Shown piece after piece: positions 1 through 64,000 of a DNA stretch of 64,000 nt. Source of the stretch: Octopus sinensis (taxonomy: Eukaryota). The notes beneath the pieces are model-generated. The model was not told where the DNA came from, did no database searches, and saw only the letters and a program-made list of their open reading frames with translations. The DNA is taken from assembly GCF_006345805.1 (NCBI RefSeq), contig NC_043015.1, forward strand, positions 40,920,001 through 40,984,000. The letters are read 5' to 3'. Both the position numbers and the translations under genes were made by a program. The first letter of the stretch is position 1. Every line of letters starts with the position of its first letter.

Positions 1-29
1 ATTTTTTTGTATTTTGTAATATTGATCTT

Positions 30-312
30 CATACATTATTTACATTTGACGGATATTTGTCATCATCTTGTTTGTTGTTAGCACTACGTTTCAGCTGATA
101 TACCCTCCAGCCTTCATCAGGTGTCTTGGGGAAATATCAAACCTGAGTTCTCATTCCTAAGGTTCCCCAGGTTCGTAATTTCCCCAAGATACCTGATGAA
201 GGCTGGAGGGTATATCAGCTGAAACATTGTGTTAACAACAAACAAGATTAGGACAAATATCCATCAAATGTAAATAATGTACATAATTCCTCATCTCTTA
301 AGGATAGAACTG
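30..312. mobile_element. Fold-back element resembling an inverted Penelope-like pseudo-LTR pair, with hammerhead-like motifs
   Basis: ~105-bp inverted arms (32-136 and 178-281); 10-bp direct repeat TATTGATCTT at 20-29 and 313-322 (TSD); CTGATGA...GAAA core in each arm. Confidence 0.7.
80..126 (-). ncRNA. Minimal type I hammerhead ribozyme-like motif (PLE type, palindromic stem III)
   Basis: Minus strand reads agacac-CUGAUGA-A-GGCUG-gaggguauau-CAGCU-GAAA-CGU-A-gugcu; stem II 5 bp with G-U closing, stem III ACGU palindrome, stem I cac/gug. Confidence 0.5.
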
Positions 313-704
313 TATTGATCTTTATGAGCAATAAATTGGTTTTACTGTTGCTATACACAAATTATTGGGTATTTTGTTAGGATTTTATTTCTGTAAATTT
401 TTAAAATATTTTACATAATCTAAACAATTTTACTCAACTTTTACATAAGAATATATAGCCCAGTTTACCTAACCGTAATTAGGTACCACAGTATGGTATA
501 TTTCATTGTACTGTGTCCATAGCACAGTCTGCCTAACTGTAAATGGGTACCACAGTGTGGTACAGTTAATTCAGTCTTTTGTGTGATAATGGTCTCAAAA
601 AGAGTTAGTAGGATTGGTAAAGGGAGTTATAGTGTATTGTGAGGGAGTATAGATGTAAGGGGAGACGGATGAAAAGGTTGTGTGTGTGAGAGAAGGGTCT
701 AGGC

Positions 705-941
705 CAGTAGTTCTCAACAAGGGGTCCATATAAGATTTTGTTGTTGAAGTTTATCTACAATGAATTAGTTATACTTTCTGCAGCCCTCAAAATATTTGGA
801 CAATTTTTTAATACGAATCCTATAAAAATTTAATTATAAAAATATATAATTTTTGAAATGTGGAATCGTTATGGGTGTCGAGAAGACTAAAATAGGGAAC
901 AAAGGGATGCATAGGTAGAAAAAAATGGTTGCAAGGCACTG
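705..941. mobile_element. hAT (Charlie-like) MITE
   Basis: Ends CAGTAGTTCTCAAC...GTTGCAAGGCACTG; 8-bp flanks GTCTAGGC (697-704) and GTCTAGAT (942-949) resemble the NTCTAGAN target. Confidence 0.65.
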
Positions 942-2869
942 GTCTAGATGTAGCAGAAGTGACAGACCTTCCCCACTGACACACACTAATCAGTGAGAAA
1001 TTAAGAAGAGAGAGAAGACGGGGGGGGGGGGGGGTAGAAAGATGTGGAGGTAAAGCAAAGATATTTAGAATCTCTCCTCTTTTCCTTCCACTGACCTCAT
1101 CCAGTCACACTCCAAATCTCAATGTCTGATATTACATTCAGGTTGAGTGCAAGTGACAGGCTCCCCATGAGTGGAGTGGAGCAGTTGTACCAACCCTTCC
1201 CTAAGACATGATATAGGTTTTGCTCTTGTATCTCTCTGTGATGAGGGAGTGTACAGTGGAGTGGAATGTGGTGGGGGTGGGGGTAGTTTGAAGGAGAGTA
1301 GTCCCCTCCCACTCCTTCTCCTTAATCCCCCACCCCCCATGCCAATTAACCCCCCTCCTCTTCCTCCCTCCCCAACGTACTCAGCACTCACCAGTTTCCT
1401 GTTTGGTAATATACCCTCTCCATACCCAGCGACCAGATTAATCATTCTAGCGGATATTAATCCATACCTATATTCTGTCTGTGTGTCACTTACCCCCTCA
1501 TCTCTCCCCTCCACCCAACCCATCCACTCACCCCTTTCTCTCTTCCTCTTCTCCTGCCATCACCCCCCTCCCCAATTCTGCTAAGTATCTACCCTAATCT
1601 CATCTTATTATGTTTGCTCAGTTTCACTTTGGTGGTGGTGGTGGTGGTGTATGTGTATGGTAGGGTGTATTGGTGATGGTATACTGATGTGTGGTGGTGG
1701 TGGTAGTGGTGGTTTATGTAGTAGTAACTAGAAGGAGAAAAATTAAAGAAATAGGGAGCAGAGTGTGAGTCCCTCTGTGAATTAAATATTGTGATATTGG
1801 CTCATATGTAACTCTGCAGGAACGGCCCTATATTTCAGGATAATGAGGTAAGATGTTGTGATGTTCATGCCTTTCCTATAGATATTGTCTATGGAAACAA
1901 AGGGTAGAGAAATAGCACCAAGAAAGGACCAAAACTTTGGTCACCATTTAGAAACTAATTTTGGGGTTGATGAATTAAATACTAGTTGAGTACTGGGGTC
2001 GATGTGATCAACTAGCCTCCTCCCCTCAAATTTCAGGCCTTGTGCCTATAGTAGAAAGGATTATTATTATTATTGAGTGAGATTGCAGTACAAATATGCG
2101 AAACCTAGTATACCCATCATGACTACTTGTCTGATAAGTGTGAACCAGGCAATGTATACCCAATCATATGTGCATAACATGGTGACCTCATATCAAGATA
2201 AACAGCACATGACCTTGCAGGTGGGGCCCTGTTAGAATTTTCTTCTGGTCAAGTAACCCACCCCACTCAAAAGGTCCCTGAATAAGGATTGTTTAAGGAT
2301 GTTTAATGAACCGCCCATGTTTCCAGAGGTAAATTATCCAAACCCCAAAGAGTTCCTCTCAACACATGGCTATGATGCTCCCCCACTACTTCTGCACGTA
2401 GTCAGAGATGCACATATCGTCAGCCACTAAGGGACATGCTCAACTGGTTAAGGTCAAACAACTGACAAACAAATCTGTGGTATTGAGCAGAATATTTGCT
2501 GTAGCCCATCTTTTATACCAAGACAAAACAATGTACATGATAACACTTCCAATCAGTTAAGATCTGAAGCCATGAGAGCCACTGCCTGGTACTGCATCAT
2601 CATCATCACCATCATCAATATCATTATTAAGGTGGCAAGCTGGCAGAATCATTAGCGCATTAGCAATCATGAGCGGCATTTTATCTGTCTTTGTGTTCTG
2701 AGTTCAAATTCCACCAAGGTCTACTTTGCTTTTCATCCCTTTGCAAGGTTGATAAAATAAGTACCAGTTGAGCACTGGGGTCAATGTAATCGACTTACCC
2801 TCTCCTTCAGAATTGCTGGCATTGTGCCAAAATCTGAAACCGTTGTTGTTGGTAGTGGTGTTGATGATG

Positions 2870-3227
2870 TTGATGTTGAGCGAAGCGGTCTTCATCCCAT
2901 GTAGTGGGAGAAGTCCGAAACGTCGTCCTTTGCTATTCATAAGACCCGCAGAAGAGAAAGCAGGTCAACCCCTGATACCAAGAGCATCGACGGATGGATG
3001 AATGTGCATCCAGGCTCAGCAGTTGCGTAGGAAGTCGGGGACAAGAAAGAGTGAGGGAAAGTTGGTGCGAAAGAGTACAACAGGGGTCGCCACCACCCCC
3101 TGCCAGAGCCTTGTGGAGCTTTAGGTGTTTTCGCTCGATAAACACACAACGCCCGGTCTGGGAATCGAAACCGCGATCCTCCAACCACGAGTCCGCTGCC
3201 CTAACCACTGGGCCATTGCGCCTCCAC
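2870..3227 (-). mobile_element. tRNA-derived SINE, CpG-rich (young-looking) copy
   Basis: Minus strand starts GGAGGCGCAATGGCCCAGTGGTTAGGGC (A box), has GGTTTCGATTCCC (B box) and ends in a short CAACAT repeat tail. Confidence 0.75.
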
Positions 3228-3793
3228 TTATTGTTGTTGGTGGTGGTGTTGGTGATGGAGAAGAGCTTTACTATTTTCTTTGCTATTGTTATGGGCATAA
3301 TTTCTATCTCGTTAGAATTAATTTATTAAAGACTCACCATTGGTCGACATAGTTGTGCATTAATGTGGGCTTTATCTATGTACACACATGCACAGCCTCA
3401 TGTATTCATGAATATACTTCTAACCATACACGCATCTGTGCATGTGTACACTAACACACACAAGGCTGTACGTGAATGTAGATGTATGCTCCACTTGATT
3501 CACATGCAGGCATGTGTGGATATGTGTGTGTATAATTGTGTGTGTATGTGACTGTGTGTGTGTGTGTGTGTCTGCATACATTTGGTTGAATGCTCTTATA
3601 GCCTAACCAAACCAACTAAGTGGTACTTGTATTATCATTGACCTGTTAACATACACACATACTCATGCATACACACATACTTTCATATACTCACACACAC
3701 ACTCTTATTTTCCTCCCATCTTTTGTTACATATTCCTTAACATACATACCAACACTTATGTGTGTGTGTGTGTGTGTGTGTGTGCATGTATAT

Positions 3794-3837
<44 letters not shown>

Positions 3838-5139
3838 TGAGGCAAACATACATATCTACATACATACAAACATGTATGTACATTCATTCACACATACATT
3901 TATACATCACCACTTATATACTTTCAGATGTATACACAAGCACACACATACACACACATATACACACACGTTGCAACATGTATACCTACACTAATGTATA
4001 CATATGAAATGATAATTAAAAACAAGAGAGACCATATATCTTTTATCTTTTACTTACTTCAGTCATTAGATTGCGGCCATGCTGGAGCACTGCTTTGGAA
4101 AATTTTAGTTGAACAAATTGAACCCAGTACTTAATTATTATTATTTTTTTTTAAAACCTGGTATTCATTCTGCCAGTCTCTTTTGCTGAGCTGTTAAGTT
4201 ATGGGCACGTAAACATACCGATACCATTTTTCAAGCATAAACACACACACACACATGACAGGCTTCTTTCAGTTTCCATCTCCCACACCTATTCACAAGG
4301 TTTTGGTCAGCCCAAGGTTGTAGTAGAAGACACTTACCCAAGGTGCTATGCAGTGGGATTGAACCCGGAACCGTGTGGTTGAAAATGAAGAGAACATACA
4401 TACTTATATACATCTATATATATATAATTATTATTATATGTAGAAAAATACAAACTGGGACAAGAACGCAAAACACTTAGAAGACGATACAAAAAACACG
4501 GACGGGACATTCGAAGCCCTCAATCTTCAGTCAAGAACCGGATCATCGTAGCAATTTCGGCTGATTAATCTTGATATATATACATACATACATTTACACA
4601 CATATATATATATATATATATATATTCATACATACAGTCTTTGTCAGTGACCAGTTTAAATTGTGGGAAAGACTTCAAAAAGAAAAACATCTCAAAGACA
4701 AACCCAGAGAAAGTGTTGTACTTCTATATCGATGATCACTTTCCTTTTCTCTTCCTTCTGCCTCCTCTCTTCTTCTCTCTTTTTCTCCAACTTTCTCTGT
4801 CTCTGTCTCTCTCTCTCACTTTTTCTCTTTGTCTATCTTTGCTGCCCTCAGTCTCTGCTTCTCTCTTTCTCTCTCTCTCCTCTATCTCTTTCTATGTTTT
4901 ACATCATTCTGCTTATCTGTGTATTACACACACCATCACTCTCTCTCTCTCTCTCACATACACACACACACACACACACACATGCACTCGTGTGTGTGCA
5001 CGGACACACAGACACACAGTGCCATACCATATTTTTAAAATTATCTAAAGTAGTCAGCTGACTGTTTCAAGTGGTTGTATTGGAAATATGAAGAGTCTTT
5101 AGAAATACTATTCCTTGCTTTGTTGGTCATTGTACAGCA

Positions 5140-5500
5140 CTGGAGTATTTCTGTGGCTCTGGAGTACAGCCTCAGCTGTCTGAAGTAGGCACTCAGAGGA
5201 GCAGATGAGTGTAGCCTCACCTATCCAGAGTTGACTCACTGTGGAGTACAGCTTCACCTGTCTGGCATAGATTCACTGTGGAGTACAGCCTCACCTGTCT
5301 GGCATAGATTCACTGTTGAGTTCAGCTTCATCTGCCCTGGAGCTGACTATGTTGAGTATAGCCTCAGCTATCTGAAGTAGGCACTCAGATTAGCAGATGA
5401 GTGTAGCCTCACCTATCCAGATTTGACTCACTGTTGAGTGCAGCCTCATCTGCCCTGGAGCTGACTATGTTGAGTATAGCCTCAGCTGTCTGGAGCAGGT
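5140..5500. repeat. Minisatellite, 36-37-bp units with higher-order duplication
   Basis: GAGTACAGCCTCACCTGTCTG-type units start at 5162, 5244, 5281, 5318 and 5354; the block at 5162-5243 recurs near 5354-5435. Confidence 0.8.
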
Positions 5501-6051
5501 GAGTGTTAGTGATAGGAAGAGCATCCAGCTGTAGAAAGTCTGCTTCAGCAAATTTTGTCTGACCCAAGTGGATGCTAAAAAGAATGTGGATTATTATGAG
5601 CATGTGTGTGATTATCAATAAGAAAACTATTAAGACTTTAACAGTTTTTTTTTTCCTTTGAGTCTTTTTTTAAGTATTAACCAACAGAAAGTTTCAAATG
5701 TTTTTAATTTACTCACGGTGTCGGCCTTTGGATTATAAAAATTGTTATCGTACAAAAAAATTTGTCACAAAAATTCAGCCAAAAAAATCGCCAAAAACAA
5801 TCACAGTAATGAAAAATTGGGAATCCAAAATTTCAGGATTGTGGGTCCCAGTTCGGCCGAGAATGTTTTTAATTAACTCACGGAGTCAGCCTGATTCCAA
5901 AATGGTTATGATATGTTGGGCTACGGCCTCTAGGAGTAAAGTTGAAAAAGTGTGATCCACTGACACACCGACATTCAGATTTATTATATTATATTACATT
6001 ATATTATATTATATTATATTATATTATGTTATATTATATTATATTATATTA

Positions 6052-6267
6052 AGGTGGCGAGCTGGCAGAATCGTTAGCACGCTGGGTGAAATGCTTACTG
6101 GTATTTCAACAGTCGTTAGCTTTTGAATTTGAATTCTGCCAAGGTCAACTTTGCCTTTCATCCTTTCAGAGTCGATAAAATTAGTACCTGTTACGTACTG
6201 GGATCAATGTAATCGACTCAATCCCTTCCCCAAAAATTTGAGGCCTTGCGCTTCCAGTAGAAAGGAT
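6052..6267 (+). mobile_element. SINE family A (tRNA head GGCGAGCTGGCAGAATCGTTAGC, core TTGCCTTTCATCCTTT...GTCGATAAA...GTACCAG); representative of more than 20 copies
   Basis: Same sequence at about 2630(+), 12135(+), 20985(-), 21720(+), 23215-24335(-, several), 29335(-), 30223(-), 31970(-), 34881(-), 40452(-), 54082(-), 56605(-), 60845(+) and 62380-63740(+, several). Confidence 0.85.
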
Positions 6268-6439
6268 TTATTAAAGTTGAAAAGGTGTGACACACTGACA
6301 CACCGAAATTAGTTTTCATATTCATTATATTAGATTACATAATCATTTCTCTAATATATACAATATAGTATAGATATAACAATATAGGCATAATGATATA
6401 AATACAATGTAAACAGTTATATCTCGCCTATATACCAAT

Positions 6440-6805
6440 ACATCTATATGTAAGTGAGACATGGGCTTCTACAAGGAGCCAAGAACCTCAGTTGGCTATG
6501 GCACAAAGGACCTTGGAATTATGCATGTGCTATTTGAGCATATATGAAATAATCCTATATGCTTCATGATTGCAGAATACCGAAAACAAAAGTTCCGTAA
6601 GGCCCAAGTGAACCCATGCAATATCCGAGTGGTATCCAGGAGATCAGAAGAAGTCATTTGGAAGGCCTCCACGATGATGCAAAGATGATTTGATTAAACA
6701 GTTAGGAGCAAGGGGGAGAAGAAGAAGGGCACAGTCAAGAAAATATTGCAAGTGCATTGTGACCAACAGTGTATAACATCTGATAATCTGGTCAATACAG
6801 TAATA
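6440..6805 (+). mobile_element. Degenerate RTE-clade LINE 3' fragment
   Basis: Translates as LYVSETWASTRSQEPQLAMAQRTLE and EWYPGDQKKSFGRPPR*, resembling the LYxSETW and GRPxxRW motifs of RTE ORF C-termini; contains stops. Confidence 0.7.
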
Positions 6806-7011
6806 TATGCCAGAGTATAGATATAACAATATCGACACAATATAGATCGTTATATCTTTACTACATACGATAAAGTATAGAATTACAATAGAGACATGTT
6901 ATATCTGGTTATATCTACAGTATACAGGATATAGCTTAGATATAATGATATAGATATAATATTTGTGTTATATCTCTTCCAATAATGACATAGTGTGTGT
7001 GTATATATATC

Positions 7012-7345
7012 ATCATCATCATCGTTTAACGTCCATTTCCCATGCTAGCATGGGTTGGACAGTTCGACCGGGAATTGGGAAGCCAGGAGGCTGCACCAGG
7101 CTCCAGTCTGATCTGGCAGTGTTTCTATTGCTGGATGCCCTTCCTAATGCCAACCTCTCCAAGAGTGTTGTGGGTGCTTTTTACGTGCCACTGACACAGG
7201 TGCCAGGCGAGGCTGGCAACGGCCACAATCAGTTGGTGCTTTTTACATGCCACCAGCACGGAGGCCAGTCGAGGCAGCGCTGGCAACAGCCACGTTCGGA
7301 TGGTTCTTTTATGTGCCACCAGCACTGGTATCACAACTACAATTT
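7012..7345 (-). mobile_element. Retroposon family C with (GAT)n tail, GGAAGGGCATCCAGC core and internal ~60-bp tandem units; representative copy
   Basis: Other copies at about 10445(-), 13075(+), 29005(-), 29652(-), 37160-37615(+), 49648(-), 54876(-), 55645(-) and 59632(-). Confidence 0.8.
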
Positions 7346-7401
7346 CCATTGATTTTTGATCGATTTCGATTTCAAAAAATCGAAATATATATATATGTAC
7401 G

Positions 7402-7508
<107 letters not shown>

Positions 7509-7714
7509 ATGTATATGTATATATATATCAAAGCTAGGTGGGAGTAGTAGGGGTGGTCCAACCCAGCAGCATTTTTAAAGGCGCTGCACTTTTAGGTCTT
7601 TTTTTGTGGGGTTTAGAGGGTGGCAAACACTCTAACTACGCCAGTGTATATATAGCAATATAGACACGATATAGATAGTTATATCTCCACTCTGTACTTT
7701 TATACTATTGTTTA

Positions 7715-8052
7715 TTAGGGCACCACCAAAGTGACGATGACATTTCTATGTCATGACACAACTTTCAGAGTTATTGCTTAACAAAATACTTCAAGCAGAA
7801 CTGGGAGAAAAAAAGAGAAAAACCTGTGTACGATTCATCGACTCACAGAACAAAGTTAAACTTCGAGCAGTGAGCGACGTCGTAGATGTTTAAACGATCC
7901 AACAAATTAAAATAGAAGTTTGATTTAGTAAAGCTATCAAATATGTTTGATTTCTCTCCGACTGTAAACATTAAAATTTATAATTCAATCATCTGTTGAC
8001 ATGCAAGTGTTATTGTTCACTGTAAAACACATTATTCTGTATTGATGTAGCC
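7715..8052 (+). promoter_or_regulatory. Candidate promoter / non-coding first exon of the CLIP3/4-like gene
   Basis: Unique, locally CpG-retaining stretch ending at a possible donor GCC|gtaaga (8053). Coding exon 1 has an acceptor 1 nt before its ATG, so an upstream exon is expected. Confidence 0.3.
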
Positions 8053-8245
8053 GTAAGAACTCGGTTAATTTCCTTGCTTTATGTAATAGGAATAAAGGAT
8101 AAAATGTTCCTCGAAATGGATTATTGTTTGTTTGTTTGTTTTGTCTTTTGATTATCCTTATTTAAATGGTTACATATATATGTTGTATATGTTTGTGTGT
8201 GTATGAGTGAGTATGCATATATGTATATATATGTTTATGTGTATG

Positions 8246-8298
<53 letters not shown>

Positions 8299-9306
8299 TA
8301 TAAATGAGAGATAAAATCACTATTATGCAACTCATATATTGTGAAATTTGATTTAATACTAAATTGAATTTTTCCCTGTAAGTTTGGAGTTATACTCCCT
8401 AATATTATTATTATATATATATATATATATATATATAATGTGTGTGTGACATCATCATCATTTAATGTCCATTTTCCATGCTGGCATTTGTTGGATGGTT
8501 TGACAGATGCCGGCAAAGCCAGGAACCGCTCCATTGTTTTGGGATGATTTCAGCAGCTGGATACCCTTTCTGATTCCAACCACTTTGCAGAATGTACTGG
8601 ATGCCACACACAAACACACATCATAGACAAATCTATGCTTGAATACTTGCATCTTAAGATAATTGAAAAGATTGTTATGAGGAAGGTCAAAAAAAAATCT
8701 TGTCCAACCCTGTGTCAGCCTTGAAAAGTAGGAGCAAAAGCAATGATACACACACACAGAAGAACTGTTGTTTGTTAATGACCCAGTTCTCACAGTTGAA
8801 TATTTAGAGCAGTCTTTCTAAAAGTAGAAGCAACACCAAGAATGAAATTATGTGTGGCAAAGACAAAATGTTTTAAAAGCAGGAAATAATACAGGACCTT
8901 TGCAGCTTCCTAGGAAGTGGCCATGCTCCATATGTGGGATAGGGATAGATCAGAGTGTCATATGATATAAAAGACAAAAAAAATAATGGTATGGATGTGC
9001 AAGAGATGCTGTGGAGCCCCAGATCATCTGATAGACAGACACAAAAGACTTTGTATGTAGTAGTTGAACAGGAATGGTTAGAAGTAGGATTTCAATGATT
9101 GTTTATGCTTAGGATAAATGTAGGGTAAGTGTGAGAGGCTGGATCTGGCTGGTTTGACCATAAAATAAGGTAGAATATTTGAGCTGGCTATGGTTGCTTT
9201 AGATACTAAAGGATTAAACAGCCACCAGCCACATCCATTTCGGCAGTCTGTGACAGCTTTGAAAAGCTACAAGTCCTCCTGCTGGTGTTACTACTACTAC
9301 TATTCA

Positions 9307-9717
9307 TCTATAATATAAATTGGACATGGGCGATCATTGTATTCTTTCTTGTCTTGAGGTTCACAGCCAAACGGTTGGGTGGATTCGCATAAAAAATGGC
9401 ACACATATGGAGACAGGTGCATAGATTGGAATGCAGTTTGTATTTTTTTCCTAACCCCCATACTTACCGAGAAAACCGATTAAAACTTTTGCTTATAGAA
9501 TTCCCCTCTTTCTTCTTCCATTAAAACAACCAGTTGCTTAGAAGCTGTTTTCTGATGGGGTGGGGGTCAGGACATTTTCATACAGCTGGAGGCTCCAATC
9601 GAAACAGGGGGCCCGAAATGATAAGGTTGACAAACGCTGTTATAGATTATGCCTAACCGAAAACGATCACAGCCACATCATCCAAACAGACCGAGTGAAA
9701 CCGGGCTTAGCTGCTAG
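9307..9717 (+). mobile_element. Non-autonomous Helitron-like element
   Basis: A|TCTATAATATAAA 5' end; 3' imperfect hairpin CCGAGTGAAACCGGG followed by CTAG; lies about 250 nt upstream of coding exon 1. Confidence 0.55.
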
Positions 9718-9970
9718 CTAACTTATAAAAGTAAAAGAGAAAAGCCATACAATGTGTAGTGTACCATGTCAAAAAGGGTCTCACCTGTCACCAGGTGTAT
9801 CAGAATGTCTGTTTTGTAGTCTCATCTTTTGTCTGTTTCCTGTGTCATTCAATGATCTTCTGTGTCAACATGTATATTTCTGCATAATGTTATAGGGTGG
9901 CCACACCCTTTCCATTTACCCCCCCCCCTGCTCCATTCTGATGGCGGTTCTTTTGATTTTCTTTTACAGT

Positions 9971-61515
<51,545 letters not shown>

Positions 61516-62644
61516 AACCAGAAACAAATTACGGATCTAAACAAACGACTGACTGGCCATTGTTGTTGGGAGTTTCGTGTTTTTTTTTTTGTTATTTTCT
61601 TTTTTTTTTTTTTTGCTCCATCGCTTATGCATGATGGGAAAAAAACCAAAGATGATGCTAGCATGTCAACAAGTGCAGCGAAGAATTGCTCCTAGACATG
61701 TAACAAACACATAAAAACACAGAAGGTTCTAGTGTTGTCGAAATACTACGACTGAGGAATTTGAGACAAGACGGTGACTCTGTCTCCTCCTCCTCCGCCT
61801 CCCCTTTTACCCCACTATCTCCCATGTATTTCTACACCACCACCACCTCCTACCAATTCCACTCACCCAACATACCAATACTTTTTTTTGGTCTGTATAT
61901 TTTTTTTTAATATATACAAAAAAAAAAAATTTCATTTTTTCTTCTTTTCCTCCACTTAAAAAAAAATTTTTTTCAGCACCGAAAAATTCCATTTTTTTTT
62001 TTTTCTTTTTCATTTCAAAAATATATTTTTTGTAACTAATCAGTGTCATTTTTAATTTTTGTTGTCGTTTATTTTTAATTTCTTTTTTTTTTTCTTTTGC
62101 ATTTAATATTTAAATTTTTTTTTTAAATATATTTTGCACTCTCTCACTTCTCACCTCCTACTCTCTCTTTCCCCTCTTCTTTTTATTCGTTTATTAAAAA
62201 GTTAATTTATTGCTTTTTGCTTTCCTACTGCACATTTGCATCTAAGCGTCATGTGCAATCACTGCACTGTCGCCCCCATCAGCAACGACCACCACCACTA
62301 CCACCTCCACTAATGTCATCTCAGGTGCTGGAGAAATCTCGTTTTCTCATTATTATTATTATTATTTTTATTATTATTATTAGACAGAATGGTAAGCAGG
62401 CTGGGGAAAACGCTTAGTGGTATTTCGTCCACCTTTGTGTTCTGAGTTCAAATTCTGTTGAGGTTGACTATGCCTTTCATCCTTCCAGAATCAATAAAAT
62501 AAGTACCAGTTATGCACCGGGGTCAATATAACTGACTTACCCCTCCCCCCTCCGAAATTTCTGGCCTTGTGCCAAAATTTGAAACCATTAATTACTATTG
62601 TAAACAGTTCTACTACACTATTATTTATTTTTATTATTATTATT

Positions 62645-62675
<31 letters not shown>

Positions 62676-64000
62676 GGGCTGTGAGCTGGCAAAATCGTTA
62701 GCACACCGGACAAAATGCTTAGTGGTATTTCATCCATCTTTGTGTTCAAATCCTGCTCAGGTCGACTTTGCCTTTCATTCTTCCAGGGTCAAAAAAGCAA
62801 GCACCAGTTGATTTAATCAACTCACCCAACTCCCTGAAAAATTTCAGGTCCTGTAGATTATTATTATTATTATTAAACGATTATTATTATTAATTTTATG
62901 AAGATGGTGATTGGTGTAACTGGAATGTCAAGAAGGATGGTGGATGATAGAATCCATAGAATATCCGACAATGTCTTGCAGTATGTGGTTGCAAAACTTT
63001 TACTCCAAGTTCAAATCCTGCCAAAGTCGACTTGGTCTTTTGTCATTCCAGTGTTGATAAAATAAGGTACCAGTTAGATACTGGTGTCACTATAATTGAC
63101 CGAACCCTCCATTTTGTACCCTCGTGCTTATGTAAGGATCCAACAAAAAATAGGTAAAACATCAGAAAACTTGTCTTGAGTTAATTACCTCCCTTTACAG
63201 TGAGTTCAAACATAATCCAAGGTGAACTTTACCTTTCATTTTTCAAGAGGAGCAGGGATGTCCATATATAAACTACCAGTAATCCACTGGGGTCAACTAG
63301 GGGGTCACCTTTATCAAAATCTAAGGTCTTCTGCTGCTGTTAGAATTATTATTGTTTTACTTCTCGGAATGGTCGGATCTTGTTTGCTCTGGTAGATTCT
63401 GTGAGAGAGGACAGCAGCCTGTTGCCAGAGGTCCCACAGAGTCCCTTTCTGCACATTGATACTTGGTTGTTAATTATCATGGAAGACATTCAACATCCAT
63501 TTTATTATCATTATTATTATCATCATCAAGGTGACCAGCTGGTAGAATCGTTAGCATGCTGGGCGAAATACTTAGCGGTATTTCATATGCCACTACGTTC
63601 TGAGTTCAAATTCCACCGAGGTTGACTTTGCTTTCATCCTTTCAGGGTCGATAAATCAAGTACCAGTGAAATACTGGGGTCGATGTAATTAACTCATCCC
63701 CTCCCGCAAAATAGCTGCCCTTGTAGCAAAATTTGAAACCATCATTGTTATTATTATAATTTCTTGCAATTGGCAGGACTTATATAAATTTAAAATAACC
63801 TATATATATTAAATATATAATAATTACATGAGGGAGCCTTTGAGAAATAGCAGCTAAGTCCCCTTCATGTCACAGCCACCTTTCTTCAAAAGCAAAAGGA
63901 CATTATATAATATAGTCCAAGATGCATTGTGTCTGAAACGAAAAAGGCCCATCTCACACGCACTCACACAAAATCTGTTGGGGAAAGGCATGAATGACTC

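Noticed and set aside
1097-1584. Overlapping Pro/Gly-rich ORFs
   Set aside because: Low-complexity C/G runs, no recognisable domain or splice context.
2885-2930. CCGAAACGTC, resembling the 3' half of a hammerhead
   Set aside because: No upstream CUGANGA core.
3150-3227. tRNA gene
   Set aside because: A and B boxes are present but run straight into a SINE body; no convincing acceptor stem or terminator.
4430-4575. Hammerhead-like fragments (CUGAAGA and GCCGAAA) on the minus strand
   Set aside because: The two halves are in the wrong order for one motif and stems could not be built.
9941-9970. Upstream in-frame ATG at 9941 as the true start
   Set aside because: The added residues overlap a pyrimidine tract and canonical acceptor (cttttacag), so the segment is more likely intronic.

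Overview
Eukaryotic (animal) genomic DNA: AT-rich, packed with (TA/CA/GAT)n microsatellites, tRNA-derived SINEs, RTE LINE fragments, MITEs, Helitron-like elements and one decayed Tc1/mariner (DD37D) transposon. The repeat landscape suggests an octopus/coleoid cephalopod (inference). Almost all ORFs in the supplied track are microsatellite or SINE artefacts. One spliced plus-strand gene can be rebuilt by hand: 12 coding exons from ATG 9971 to TAA 61515, all GT-AG with consistent phases, 1875 nt, 624 aa. It encodes an ankyrin-repeat protein with three CAP-Gly (GKNDG) domains, i.e. a CLIP3/CLIP4-family protein with CLIP4-like architecture. Signals worth follow-up: (1) candidate frame-preserving microexons and a possible stop-containing exon in intron 6; (2) a 185-bp inverted pair bracketing the skippable exon 7 and other long inverted repeats (possible circRNA, exon-skipping or ADAR substrates); (3) a Penelope-type fold-back element with minimal hammerhead ribozyme motifs; (4) a Helitron-like element containing an inverted copy of its own 5' end plus flank; (5) snap-back hairpins at retroelement 5' junctions; (6) an N-terminal CxxC-x11-CxxC motif in the protein. 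Everything was read by eye; no searches were run.
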